From Octopus vulgaris (taxonomy: Eukaryota), in assembly GCA_951406725.2 (NCBI GenBank), contig OX597827.1, forward strand, positions 10,974,001-11,038,000: DNA of 64,000 nt. The letters run 5' to 3'. Position numbers and translations under genes: made by a program. Under the pieces are notes generated by a model. That model was not told the DNA's origin and did not search any database. It was given only the letters and a program-made list of their open reading frames with translations. Below, piece after piece: positions 38,456 to 51,239 of this stretch. Positions within the stretch are counted from its first letter, which is position 1, and each line of letters starts with the position of its first letter.

Positions 38456-41358
38456 GGTGGTGGTGGTAGTGGTGGTGGTGGTGGTGGTGGAAACGGCAGC
38501 TGGGGTATTCTGAGGTAAAAAAAAAAAAGAGGAGGAAAAAAAAATGATAAAAAAAAAGAGTAGAGGAAAGAGGAGGAAGCTTGTAGAGGAGAAGGAAGAG
38601 GAGGCAGGAGGCAGGAGAGGAGAGTAATGAGGAGAAGGAGAAGGAGGAGGAGGAGGAGGAGGACGACAAGGAAATCATGATCAAAGGAGAGCAAGATGGC
38701 AGCGTTGGAGTCTGATGGTGTCTGAAGATGTGACTGTCTAGAGATGGGTGAATGCGGTGGGGTGGGTAGGAAGGCAGGTAGGGTGGGGGTGGGGTGGGGG
38801 TGATATAGTCTGGTGATAATGATAGTGGTGGTGGTGGTCATATAAGGGTGGGACGAGGGGGTCGTCATTGTTGTTTTTGTTGTTTAGCCCCAGGTCAAGC
38901 CCGATTGAGCAAGCAGACCTTTGATCAAGCGCAGTCTATCCGTGACCACCCACCCTCTCCTTCTTTTTCCTACGTGCTGGGAACCCAGGACTACACTGCA
39001 TTATCCAATGTATTTTTTTCTTCTTCTTCTTTTTTTGAGATGGTAATTTGAGGTGCGATCTGAGGGAGACTTAGCTTCTATTTCTAGCATGCTGGATTTC
39101 CAAGTAAAGGTTTCTCTTTGTAGAGGTATGTGATAGCATGTCTAAAAATTTTGTTCAGCCCCAGGTCAAAAATTTTGCTCAACCCCTGGTTAAAGATTTG
39201 GTTCATTCCTGATTAGGCTGTTATGATCAACAGTATTCCAGTCATGACCAGCCCATCTGCTTTTTTCTTCTACTTTCAATCCTTTGAGTCCTTACTACCT
39301 GCTTTTTTTCAAACAGGTAGTGTTATTTGAGTAAGATTTCGCTATTATTTCTTGTAGGTCAAGCAATCTTGCAGAGGTTCCTGTTGTCATTTAGCACTAG
39401 GTCAGATATATATAAGCTTGAACTGCCTTATGAGTGAAATCATTCCAGCCATGGTTATCACGTCTTATTTCTAGGCATAGTATATCGAGGACTTCATTAT
39501 CCAATATGTCCTTCCTCATTCGAAGCAGTAGAGTATGATCTGAGAGAGTATGGCTGCTATTTCTAACAAATTCAATGACCACATAGAAGCTCCCTAGTTT
39601 AGTTTGTGATGAGGATGTTGCTGGTGATGGTGATGATGGTGCTTAATGGTAACGTCAATGGTGATAGAGTTGGTAGTGGTGGTGATGGTGGTGGTGGTGG
39701 TAATGATGGTGGCGTTGCTGTGGTTGAGGTAGCAGTTCCTGCTGCTGTTGTTGTTGTTGTTGTTGTTAGCTGTAGATCAGCCCTGATTCAGCAGACTTAT
39801 GATCAAAGACGTTCCAGCTTTGACCTTCCTGTCAATATTTTGTATATCATGCACTAAATTGTCCAAATGTCCTCATTTACGTTGAAGCTGACGGCATGGT
39901 GTTAATATGAGAGGAGAACTTGACTGCTATTTCTAGCAGATTGAGCGGCCATTTAAAGGTTCCTGTGTGTATGTGTGTGCGTGTGTATGTATGTATGTGC
40001 GTGTGTGTGTGTGTGTGTATGTGTGTGTGTATGTGTGTGTGTGTGTGATATATCTCGGTGGTGATGTGATGAAGGTGCTGGTGATAGTGGTGATGGTGAT
40101 GGTGATGGTGATGGTAGTGGTGGTGGTGGTGGTGGGGGTAGTGGTGGCAGGCAGTAGTTGCAGTGTTATAGTTCAAGCAATGATTGATTAAGGGTTGTAG
40201 TGAGAGGAGGGAGTACAATACTGCGTTGGTTGACGAAGACTTTGCACAGATACAATACAAAAGCAGTATACTGGTAACTGAATCTGTGAGAGAGGTGTAG
40301 GGGTGGGGCGTGGGGGTGGGGGTGGTACTGAGTGGTGGGGGGGCATAGGAGAGAGAGAAAAAAGCAGAGAGAGAGTGAGAGAGAGAGAGAGAAAGGGCCT
40401 CCCCCCCCCCCTCCACTGAAAATGGAGAAATCCAAGAGATATACATATACAGTGCACATACTTACACACACACTCATATATATCCATATACATAAGCATA
40501 TACTAACACATACACACATATGCATATATACACGCACATACACACATGCCTATAAATATACATATATATACATATATATATATGTGTATATATATATATA
40601 TACATACATACATACATATAGAGACATACACACACATAGATGCATTCATGCATATACACACACACGCACACGTACACACATACACACACACTCACATGCA
40701 CACAGGCGCACATACACACACACACTCACGATACAGTCCAAAAGTAGCAAATGGTGGAAGAATATTAGACATGGCATTATGTTGACGGAGTAGCAGAGTA
40801 GCAGTAGTTGTGGTAGTGGTGGGAGGAGATGAGGAGGAAGAGAGAAGATGCTGGGTGATGGGAATTAGTATTGTGACGGAGATAGATATGTAATGAAAGG
40901 GTGATGAAGAGAGCGAGAGAGAGAGAGAGAGAGGGGTGAGGGGTGAGGGGGATGAGGGAGAAAGAGAGAGAATATGTGTGAGAGGTTAATTCAGAAGTGT
41001 TATGTGGAAAGAAAATAGTAGTAGTAGTAGTAATAGTAGTGGTAGTAGTAGTAGTGGTAGTTGTAGTAGTGGTAGTTGTAGTAGTAGTGTGGGTGAATAA
41101 AAAATTGATAGAGTGATTAGAATAGAGGAAGGTGCAAAGAGAAAGGTAGTGAGTAGTAAGAGAAAGAGAGTGAGGAGTGAGTGAGTGATGAGTGAGTGAG
41201 TGGTGAGTGAGTGAGCGAGTGAGCGAGTGAGTGAGAGTGACATAGGGAGATTGAGATAGAGGAATGTGTGAGCTGTATAAGAAACGAGAGAAAGAGAAAT
41301 ATGTAGGTTAATACAGAGGGGTGTGAGTGACAGTAAGAGAGACAGAGAAAGAAAGATA

Positions 41359-41400
<42 letters not shown>

Positions 41401-42206
41401 ATATAGAGGTTGGTGGGAGGGAAAAGAAAGAGGCAAAAGAGAGAAAGGGGAAAGTGAGATAAAAAGAAAGAGAGAGAGAGAGAGGAGGTAGAGAGAGAGA
41501 TTGATATAGAGGTTGGTGGGAGGGAAAAGAAAGAGGCAAAAGAGAGAAAGGGGAAAATGAGATAAAAAGAAAGAGAGAGAGAGAGGAAGGTGTGCATTCA
41601 AAAGGGAAGCAATGAGGAGAGTAGTAGTTAGAGTCGCAGTGAGAGAACAAGAGAGGAGGAAAGAAAGAGAGATAGAGAGAGATAGAGGGAGAGCATTGGA
41701 GAGTACTGCAGAAGGTTTTTGGTGAGAAGAGAGAAGAATGAATATAAAGTTGTTTATTTTTGCTGCTTTTGGACGATATTGTATGTTACGTGTGTATGTA
41801 TTTGAGGATAAGTATGTACAAATGTGTATTCGTGTGTATGTGCGTATGCGTGTGTGTGTGTGTGTGCTGGTATGTGCATATGTGTTTACATCATGTATGC
41901 ATATGCGTTTGTATGTATGATGTGAGCATGTGTATTGAAATGCGTTTGATGGAGTTGTGAGAAATAATGTATGTGGTATAACATGTACAACGAAGTATCT
42001 TATATATGTGTGTGTATGCATGTGTGTGTGTGTGTGTATGTGTGCATGTACAATGAAGAAATATATGTGTGTGCATGTGATAAAGCTCGTACAATGCAAA
42101 ATATGCATGTGTATGGTAGAACCTGCACAATAAAGTTATATGTATGTATGTGGCAGTGTCTATGTATGTATGCGTGTATGTATATGCATATACTCTGTAG
42201 AACTAT

Positions 42207-42287
<81 letters not shown>

Positions 42288-42380
42288 ATCATCATCATCA
42301 TCGTTTAGCATGGAAAACGGACGCTAAACGATGATGATGATGATGATGATGATGATGATATATATACATATATATATATA
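33340..42380. repeat. About 9 kb simple-repeat-dominated, TE-poor domain (GA, TG, GGT, AGT, ACC tracts)
   Basis: Directly visible; only one clear SINE inside. Confidence 0.9.
36382..36826 (-). mobile_element. SINE family A, older copy
   Basis: Diverged reverse-complement match. Confidence 0.8.
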
Positions 42381-44757
42381 AGAATATTATATGGTGGAGC
42401 CTATACAGTTAATAAATGTATGTGAATGTGGTACTGGAATGTATAACCTAAGCCACGTTCATGTCTATGATTGAGTAATACATAGATATAGGGTAGCATC
42501 TATACAGTGAACAAATATGTATGGATGTGATAGAAAAAGCGTACAATGAAGAAATTTTCTTTAGTCATTTATAATATCCCTAATTGGTTGGAAGAACGAA
42601 CTTAAACAAAAGCAGATTCAATTAGCTGCTTTCTTGCAGCATGGAGAGATCTTTATACCGAAGCATGAGAAATGTTTATTTATTTATTTATTCCCTTATA
42701 TTGCTATTTATTTATTTTATTTATTTATTTTGTTGGTGGTTTGGTCTGGAGCTGTGGTTCCCATCCTGTGGGTCATTGTATAATTTTGAAAGAGATTCAA
42801 TGAATGAAATCTTTTTTTTTTTCTTTGGAAATACTTGATAATATATAATATGTTCACAAATATGGTTATACAATAAACCATGGGAATAAGGGCCACAGCA
42901 TGACATTTACATTTACTGCATGTGAAAACTGAAGAATATATCCACCCAGCCCCGCAAATAATAAAAATGTTAAATGCATTACCCAACTTTTTTTTTTTTT
43001 TTTTTTTTTTTTTTGGTATGTAATAAAAAGGGATTGCTGAGGATTATTGATTTGCCAAAATGGGTCATACTATACTAATAGATAGGAACTGCTGGTTTAG
43101 GGGGGGAGAAAAAAAAAAAAGGGCTTTGTCCACAGCCTTTGCAGGCCTTCCATGGCTGGTGAGATCAATGTGGTTCATATTCATCTTGACCAAACTGCAG
43201 GGGGCGGAAAAAAAATAGGCTGATATTCTAGGGAAAGAAGAAGTGGGACAAAATGCTAGCACAAGGCTTTGGATTAGTGTGAAGGGGGAAAGTTTGGGTG
43301 ACAAGGGGGGCGGGGGGCGAGGTGGAGGAACTGGGTAATTGGGAGTGGAAGTGGTATGAAATCAGTCAACCATGAGGACCAACAACTATTGTATTATTGG
43401 TTGAACTAGTAGAGCAAGGAGACAAACATCATCGTGAATCAGAGAGTGTAGGCTTCTTGCTTTTGTTGTTACTTCCAGCTGATATATTAAAACCTCCAAG
43501 GAAATGCAGTATGCTTTTGATTGTACACTGTATAGACATGCTGTCTTTGGACTGAGAGAAAAATATAATTCACCAGCTGTGACTGACTCCTGTGATAAAA
43601 CTGTGCATATGCATGATTAAATCATATACATGTTGGTGCATACACAGTACACATGTACTTAAACTTACTTAGAGTAGTGAAAGTGAAAGTAAAACCCTTA
43701 ACAGCTTAGCTCTGTATGTTGCTGCTGCTGTCGTTTTTTTTTTTTTAGCCCTGAGTTGTTTCTGATTGAGAAATAAGGACTTAAAATTTGGAGAAGGGAC
43801 ATAATTTATCATAAGGTATTCTATTTCACGAACCCTTGAAGGATGAAGGGTAAAGATGATGGCAGGATTTGAACTCAAAAGGAAATTAGAGTTACTAAAT
43901 AACATAATGCATTTTGTTCAGTTCTCTAATGGTTTCACTCTGTAATCATCTTCATCATCATCCTCATCATCATCATCATCATTTAGCGTCCACTTTCCAC
44001 GCTAGCATGGGTTGGACGGTTCAACTGGGGTCTGGAAAGCAAGAAGGCTGCACCAGGCCCAGTCTGTAATATTTCAGCTAAACTACAAGAGCTTACAAAG
44101 GATAACAGGATTTTTCTTTTCTTTTCGTTTATAAATATGTTTGTGCACAGAACAAGTTAACAAAGAAACCAGCAATTATACAACAAATTTTACTTTTTTT
44201 CTAGTAGAAGTAGGGATCTAATAATAGGACTAACACCATCAATAGAACACTACCCAGTTTCTATCATTTAACCAATAGGGATTACGTAGATAGGCCATGG
44301 CAGAGTGGTGTCTAACATACATCAGTGTAAATCTCATGAATTCCCTATATACTCAGCCTGTGAGGTATCTATCAAAAGACACAGCCCATGTTGTGTTGCC
44401 CTATCCAGTTACTTCAGTTCCAAAGGTATATGGAACAAACCATGAACTAATAGGTTATACACTAAATGGATTTGAATATAAATTTGGAGTTGTGAGAAGC
44501 ACCATGTGAAACAACAACCATATCATTGCAGCACAATAAATGTTTACCATGGGAAGATAAAGCGAGCTATACTTTCTTGTTGTATTGAGTACAGTGTTAG
44601 TCACAGCTGGTGGATTTTGTTCTCCTCTCAGTTCAAAGACAGAGTATGCATTCAGAACAGAAGCAACCTGCTTTTCCTGGAAGATTATAATATAATCTTG
44701 GAACAACAGCATTATATTATAATATACCTCTGCATTATAATACATAATATAATATAA

Positions 44758-45053
44758 TCTTTATATATAAAAGAAAGGTTGTGTGTCTGTCTCCTACGAT
44801 TTAGATTCCTAACTACTCCCACATTTTGCGATGCAGTTTAACCAAAACCGGGTATCTTATAGTCGTGATTCATATCGAGCCCTTCTGGGTATTAGCGCGT
44901 GTCTATGATGAGTCTACGAATTAAAAAAAAATTTACCATCATTTTTTCCATTTTAATGCATTTTTTTCGCTATTTTTTGGCTATAACTCTCTAAAAATGC
45001 TTGTATAGTTATTTCCCTTACAAACCCGACAAAGCCAGTGTAATATAAGCTAG
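44758..45053 (+). mobile_element. Non-autonomous Helitron
   Basis: A|TC start, CTAG|T end; same family as 30670-30966 with an altered 3' hairpin. Confidence 0.85.
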
Positions 45054-45306
45054 TGTAATATAAATATATCTTTAGATTATATAGGTTTTAAATTATGGCA
45101 CAAAGTCAGCAATTTTGTGGGCAGCAGTAAGTCGGTTAGATCAAACCCAGTGCTCTACAGGTATTTATTTTATCAACCAGAGATGGATGAAAGGCAAAGT
45201 CAATATTGGCAGAATTTGAACTCATATCTCTAGATTATATTATAATATAATATGATCTGCTTCCAGATTGTGTTATTGTATGATATAATCTGGAGGAGGA
45301 GGAGGA

Positions 45307-45692
45307 GACCCCCTTCGGTCATGAATGAACATGGGATTGCACCTAGAAAGTTCCCCTCTGAGGCACAAGTCCAGTCAAGATTGTTTGTGGAAGGCTAGCA
45401 GTTGCCCATGCATACCAGCCTCCCATCTCCACACCACTGATGTTATCCAAGGGAAAGGTAAAGGGGCCGATACAGCTTGGTACCAGTGATGTCGCAACTC
45501 ATTTCTACAGCTGAGTGAACTAGTGCCCCAGCATGGCCGCGGCCTTCGGGCTAAAACATTTTTAAGGATTAAGGCAATGTGAAATAAAGTGTCTTGCTCA
45601 AGAACACAACACACAGCCTGGTCTGGGAATCGAACTCACAACCTCACGATCATAAGCTCTATGCTCTAACCCCTAAGCCATGTTCCTTCACA
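45307..45692 (-). mobile_element. SINE family C with a short insert
   Basis: Match to 23419-23746; foreign SINE-tail-like insert at about 45521-45572. Confidence 0.85.
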
Positions 45693-46038
45693 ATATAATC
45701 TGGAGGTAACAACAAAAGCAAGAAGCATGCAATCCTTGGTCCACAATATCTATCTCCTTGGTCTGCTTCTACCTATCCCACAACAGCTAAAGACCTTCAT
45801 TCTTGGCTGATTACCTTCTACCTTTACTCACACCTACCCAAATGCTTCATCTCCCATTCCCTCGTCATCCACATTTCCACCCCATTCTCAAGTGTCGCAC
45901 TAACATTTTCTCTCATTCCTTCCTTTCCACATTAGCCCATGTTCTTCCTGCAGTTATTCGAGATGAACATGACCCACATTGACCGCACTAGTTTTGGAAG
46001 ACCTGAAAAGGCCGTGGCTACAGTTCTTTCTTCTAGAT

Positions 46039-46807
46039 CAGTGGTTCTCAACCATTTATAACCCATGGAACTCTTTGATTAGTATTTTATACTGATAGAC
46101 TCCCATAATCATTCAATGGTTAAAAACTAGTTCTATAGGCGCAGGAGTGGCTGTGTGGTAAGTAGCTTGCTAACCAACCACATGGTTCCGGGTTCAGTCC
46201 CACTGCGTGGCATCATGGGCAAGTGTCTTCAGCTATAGCTCCAGGCCGACCAATGCTCTGTGAGTGGATTTGGTAGACGGAAATTGAAAGAAGCCTGTCG
46301 TATATATGTATATATAAGTGTGTGTGTATATGTTTGTGTGTCTGTGTTTGTCCCCCTAGCATTGCTTGACAACCGATGCTGGTGTGTTTACGTCCCCGTC
46401 ACTTAGCGGTTCGGCAAGAGAGACAGATTGAATAAGTACTGGGCTTACAAAGAATAAGTCCCGGGGTCGATTTGCTCGACTAAAAGGCGGTGCTCCAGCA
46501 TGGCCGCAGTCAAATGACTGAAACAAGTAAAAAAGAGTTAAAAAGAGATACTTCTTTCAAATTACCTATTTTGTTTTCCATATGTTCATTTGTACCAACA
46601 TTCAGGGGTCAAAAACATGCTATGCAATGTAAAATGTTAGAAAAGAACCCTAGTTGCTTCTTGCAATGAATACCTCTAAAAGCAAAATTTATTCATGGGT
46701 CCTCAAAATACTGTTGTGAATCCCCAATTTACTACATGCATGCATAGACCCCTAAAAGTCTTATATGGACTCCTAAAGGTCATATGAACCCTGATTGAGA
46801 ACAACTG
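46039..46807. mobile_element. hAT MITE interrupted by SINE A (46138-46548, +)
   Basis: TIRs cagtggttctcaa / ttgagaacaactg; TSD-like TTCTAGAT / CTCCAGAT. Confidence 0.8.
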
Positions 46808-46999
46808 CTCCAGATAACCAGCTCTCAAATATTTAGCACATCAATAATCCCCTGCAACTTTGTTTTTGATATTTAAATTAAAAAAATAAGAAATCCTGTG
46901 GGATGCACATAGCATTTTAATTTTTTGGTGGTCGGGAAAGATATATATTTCTCAGTTTTTTATTTTGTTTTTCGTATTATCTTTTTCTTTTTTTTTTTA

Positions 47000-47402
47000 T
47001 CTTTTTACTTGTTTCAGTCATTTGACTGTGGCCATGCTGGAGCACCGCCTTTAGTCGAGCAAATCGACTCCGAGACTTATTCTTTGTAAGCCTAGTACTT
47101 ATTCTATCGGTCTCTTTTTGCCGAACCGCTAAGTGACGGGGACGTAAACACACCAGCATTGGTTGTCAAGCAATGCTAGGGGGACAAACACAGACACACA
47201 AACACACACACACATACATATACATATATATATATACATATATACGACAGGCTTCTTTCAGTTTCTGTCTACCAAATCCACTCACAAGGCATTGGTTGGC
47301 CCGAAGTCATAGTAGAAGACACTTGCCCAAGATGCCACGCAGTGGGACTGAACCCAGAACCATGTGGTTGGTAAGCAAGCTACTTACCACACAGCCACTC
47401 CT
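47000..47402 (-). mobile_element. SINE family A
   Basis: Reverse-complement match. Confidence 0.92.
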
Positions 47403-47929
47403 TAAACAGACCATTTGTAATTTTTTTTTTCAACTATTGGCACATGGCCTAAAATTTTTCAGGAAGAGAAAGTTGATTTCATTGATTCCAGTGCTCAACT
47501 GGTATTTATCTTATTGACATCAAAAAGAAGAAAGGCAAAAACTGATCTTAGCATAACTTGAACTCAGAATGTAAAGCCCAAAAGAAATGGTACTAAGCAT
47601 TTTGTCCATCTTGCTAATGATTCTGCCAGCTTGTTGCCTGGCAAGTTTAAATTCACAGCTTTTGCTTAGGATGTTGTTGTTATTGTTCATCCCGAAATCT
47701 ACTCAACTAAGTAGAGTTATGGACAAAAACATCCCAACCATGCCCATCCAATCTTTTCCTATGTGCAAGACACACAGGTCCACATTCTCAAATGTCATTT
47801 TCTAAGAAGGGTGAATGTGATGGAGATTTGATTGCTGCTTCTAGCAGGTTCAATGTGTGTCTTTGAGTGATTACATAGAAGCTCCCATGTTGTTGTTGTT
47901 GTTGCTGTTGCTGTTGCTGTTGAGCAAAC

Positions 47930-48294
47930 GGTCTTCGTCCCAGAGCTCGCAAGATGGGAGAAGTCCGAAACATGGTCCTTTGCTATTCGTAAGACCCGCA
48001 GAAGAGAAAGCAGGTCAACCCCCAACACCGAGAGCATCGACGGATGGATGAATGCGCATCCAAGCTCAGCAGTTGTGTAGGAAGTCGGGGACAAGAAACA
48101 GGAAAAAAGAATGAGAGAAAGTTGGAGCGAAAGAGTACAACAGGAGTCGCGTGCACCCCCCCCCCTGCTGGAGCCTCGTGGAGCTTTGGGTGTTTTCGTT
48201 CAATAAACACACACAACACCCGGTCTGGGAATCGAAACCGCAATCCTCTGACCGCGAGTCCGCTGCCCTAACCATTGGGCCATTGCGCCTCCAC
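47930..48294 (-). mobile_element. SINE family D with (CAA/CAG) tail
   Basis: tRNA-like head ggtttcgattccc; related to 29050-29328. Confidence 0.8.
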
Positions 48295-48522
48295 TGTTGT
48301 TGCTGCTGTTGCTTTTCTTTGCCCAAAGTCATCCCTCTTCATACTAACCTATGATTAAAATTATTTCAGCTATAACCATTCTAACTTTTCCTTATATACA
48401 AGAAATTCAAAATGACATTTTCAAACATGACATTTTCCTAAGATTGTAGAGTTTAATTTTCAGGAGGTTTAACAGCTGTATCTAGTTATGCCTAATATTT
48501 TTGAATTGGTATATTTGTTGTT

Positions 48523-48848
48523 CTGTGCCGGTGGCACATAAAAAGCACCATCCGAACGTGGCCGATGCCAGCGCCGCCTTGGCTGGCTTCCATGCCGGTG
48601 GCACGTAAAAAGCACCAACCGATCATGGCCGATGCCAGACTCCTCTGGCACCTGTGCCGGTGGCACGTAAAATGCACCCACTACACTCACTGAGTGGTTG
48701 GCGTTAGGAAGGGCATCCAGCTGTAGAAACACTGCCAGATCAGACTGGAGCCTGGTGCAGCCCCTGGCTTCCCAGACCCTGGTCGAACCGTCCAACCCGT
48801 GCTAGCGCGGAAAACGGATGTTAAACGATGATGATGATGATGATGATG
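48523..48848 (+). mobile_element. RTE 3' UTR fragment
   Basis: Three tandem units plus (GAT)n. Confidence 0.88.
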
Positions 48849-49214
48849 TAGTTATCTTATATAAAACAGGTTCTGCTATGAGAAGTGATTGAACATATGT
48901 TTTGAAATCCACAGACTTTTATATCAAGAGTGAGCTAGAGAAACGAAGCTATTTTGAAAAATCATGTTAGATCTCTAGAGAGAATGTTACCACCAAGATG
49001 AACTGAAGGAAGGACGTGAATGGACAGAGGCTGGCTGATCAAGTCAGACAAATTAAGATTAAGGACTAGAAGTGAAATTAGAGAAAATTACATAGGCTAT
49101 GAATGGGAAAGGAACTTCAGTTCTCTGCAGATCCATAAGAAATTCATGATGCATGAGAGAATTAGCAGGGCATTGATATAGTAGAAGAAAATGGTAATCT
49201 CGTTCCCCTTTTCT

Positions 49215-49662
49215 TCTACTTGTTTCAGTCATTTGACTGTGGCCATGCTGGAGCACCGCCTTTAGTCGAGCACATCTACCACCCCAGGACTTATTCTTTG
49301 TAAGCCTAGTACTTATTTATCAGTCTCTTTTGCTGAACCACTAAGTTACGGGGACGTAAACACACCAGCATCAGTTATCAAGCAATGTTGGGAGGACAAA
49401 CACAGATTCACAAACTCACACACGCATATATATACATATATACGACGGGCTTCTTTCAGTTTCCGTCTACCAAATCCACTCACAAGGTTTTGGTTGGCCC
49501 AAGGCTATAGTAGAAGACACCAGGACTTATTCTTTGTAAGCCTAGTACTTATTCTATTGGTCCCTTTTGCTGAACCGCTAAGTTACGGGGACGTAAACAC
49601 ACCAGCATCGGTTGTCAAGCGATTTTGTGGGGACACACACACAAACATATATACACACATAC

Positions 49663-49693
<31 letters not shown>

Positions 49694-49848
49694 CGATGGG
49701 CTTTTTCAGTTTCCGTCTACCAAATCCACTCACAAGGCAATGGTCGGCCCGAGGCTATAGTAGAAGACACTTGCCCAAGGTGCCCTGCAGTGGGACTGAA
49801 CCTGGAACCATGTGGTTGGTAAACAAGCTACTTACCACACAGCCACTA
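49215..49848 (-). mobile_element. Composite SINE A with internal duplication
   Basis: Junction agaagacac|caggacttattc at 49520/49521. Confidence 0.88.
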
Positions 49849-49955
49849 TAAAAGTTTTAATAATCCTTATCAGACAGGTAGTCATGATGGGTATACTGGG
49901 CTTCGTATATTTGTAACCCGGTGTCACTTTGATGGCATGCACTGCTCTCTCACTC

Positions 49956-50017
<62 letters not shown>

Positions 50018-50021
50018 TAAT

Positions 50022-50319
50022 AATGTGACAATCTTAAATGGGAAATAAGCAGGTTGTGGATCATGAAGAAGAGTTGACGTGATACCATAGTAATTGGTGA
50101 ACTTGGAAGTATCAGCACTCGACTACCAACATGGCTCAAAAAGATTGGTACAAATGTAAAGGTAGAACACCTACAAAAATCATCAAAGCTTGGAACTGCA
50201 AGAGTTCTCTGCAGGGTTCTTGAAGCATGATCAGTAAACATGTGTCACCTTAGTCTGCTGGCTGCGGACAGCTGACACGTTCCCTCATATCCAGTAAAAT
50301 AAGCCGAGAGTTTTCATCA
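50022..50319 (+). mobile_element. R4/Dong-like LINE 3' end (family 2)
   Basis: LKWEISRLW...IVIGELGSI...HLQKS..LGTARVL..VL* plus UTR; flanked by (TAA)n. Confidence 0.75.
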
Positions 50320-50320
50320 A

Positions 50321-50352
<32 letters not shown>

Positions 50353-50436
50353 GATGATGATAATGATGATGATAATAAGGATAATGATAATAATAATAAT
50401 AATAATGATAATAATAATAATAATAATAATAATAAA

Positions 50437-50912
50437 GAAAACGAGAAAGCAACCATACTCTGGGATATGCCGATACACACAGATAGAGAAATTAAGGCCA
50501 ACAGACCAGATATAGTTGTCAGAGATCATGAAGAAAAAAATGCTTTCTAATTGATGTATCAATACCAGTAGATGACAACATGTCTCTAAAAGAAATGGAG
50601 AAACTTTCAAAATACAAAGACCTGGAAATAGAGGTAACCAGAATGTGGAATCTAAAAACAGTAGCAATTCCTATCATAATAGGTGCATTAGGCATGATAA
50701 AAAAAATTCAGACAAATACATAACAAAAACACCAGGACTTACAAACACATATAACATACAGAAAATTGCACTACTAGGCACTGCACACATCCTACACAGA
50801 ACACTTTCCATACAGTAACCATCAGAGCACCACAACAAATCACAGCACATACCTAAGGCACACAGAGCTGCGCTCGGTAGTGAAGTGAAAGTACGCTATA
50901 AAAAATATACTA

Positions 50913-50918
<6 letters not shown>
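50437..50918 (+). mobile_element. R4/Dong-like LINE 3' end: restriction-like endonuclease domain and UTR
   Basis: ENEKATILWDMPIHTDREIKANRPDIVV...IDVSIP...EK.SKYKDL...IPIIIGALG...QKIALLGTAHIL (frameshifts at poly-A); sits within (TAA)n. Confidence 0.88.
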
Positions 50919-50943
<25 letters not shown>

Positions 50944-51239
50944 GTTCTTTCTACTTTTACCTAAAGGCCTGTCATTTTGAGGGATTAGTATGCAAATTGG
51001 TTATATCAGCCCCAGTGTTTCACTTGTACATATTTTATTGCCCCCAAAATGATGAAAAGCAAAATTAACTTGTGTGGAATTTAAACTCAGAATGTAATGA
51101 GTTGTGAGAAATACCACAAGGTATTTTCGTCTGTAGCCCCAAGGATTCAGCCCAGTCGCCACTTGATAATAAATTGGTATGGTGACAGGATGACAATAAA
51201 TTGTTGCTTGACTGTTATGTCAATAGTAGGCCAGAGAAA

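Noticed and set aside
38692-38725. YY1-like caagatggcagcg or start codon
   Set aside because: Single imperfect motif, and the ATG frame stops after nine codons.
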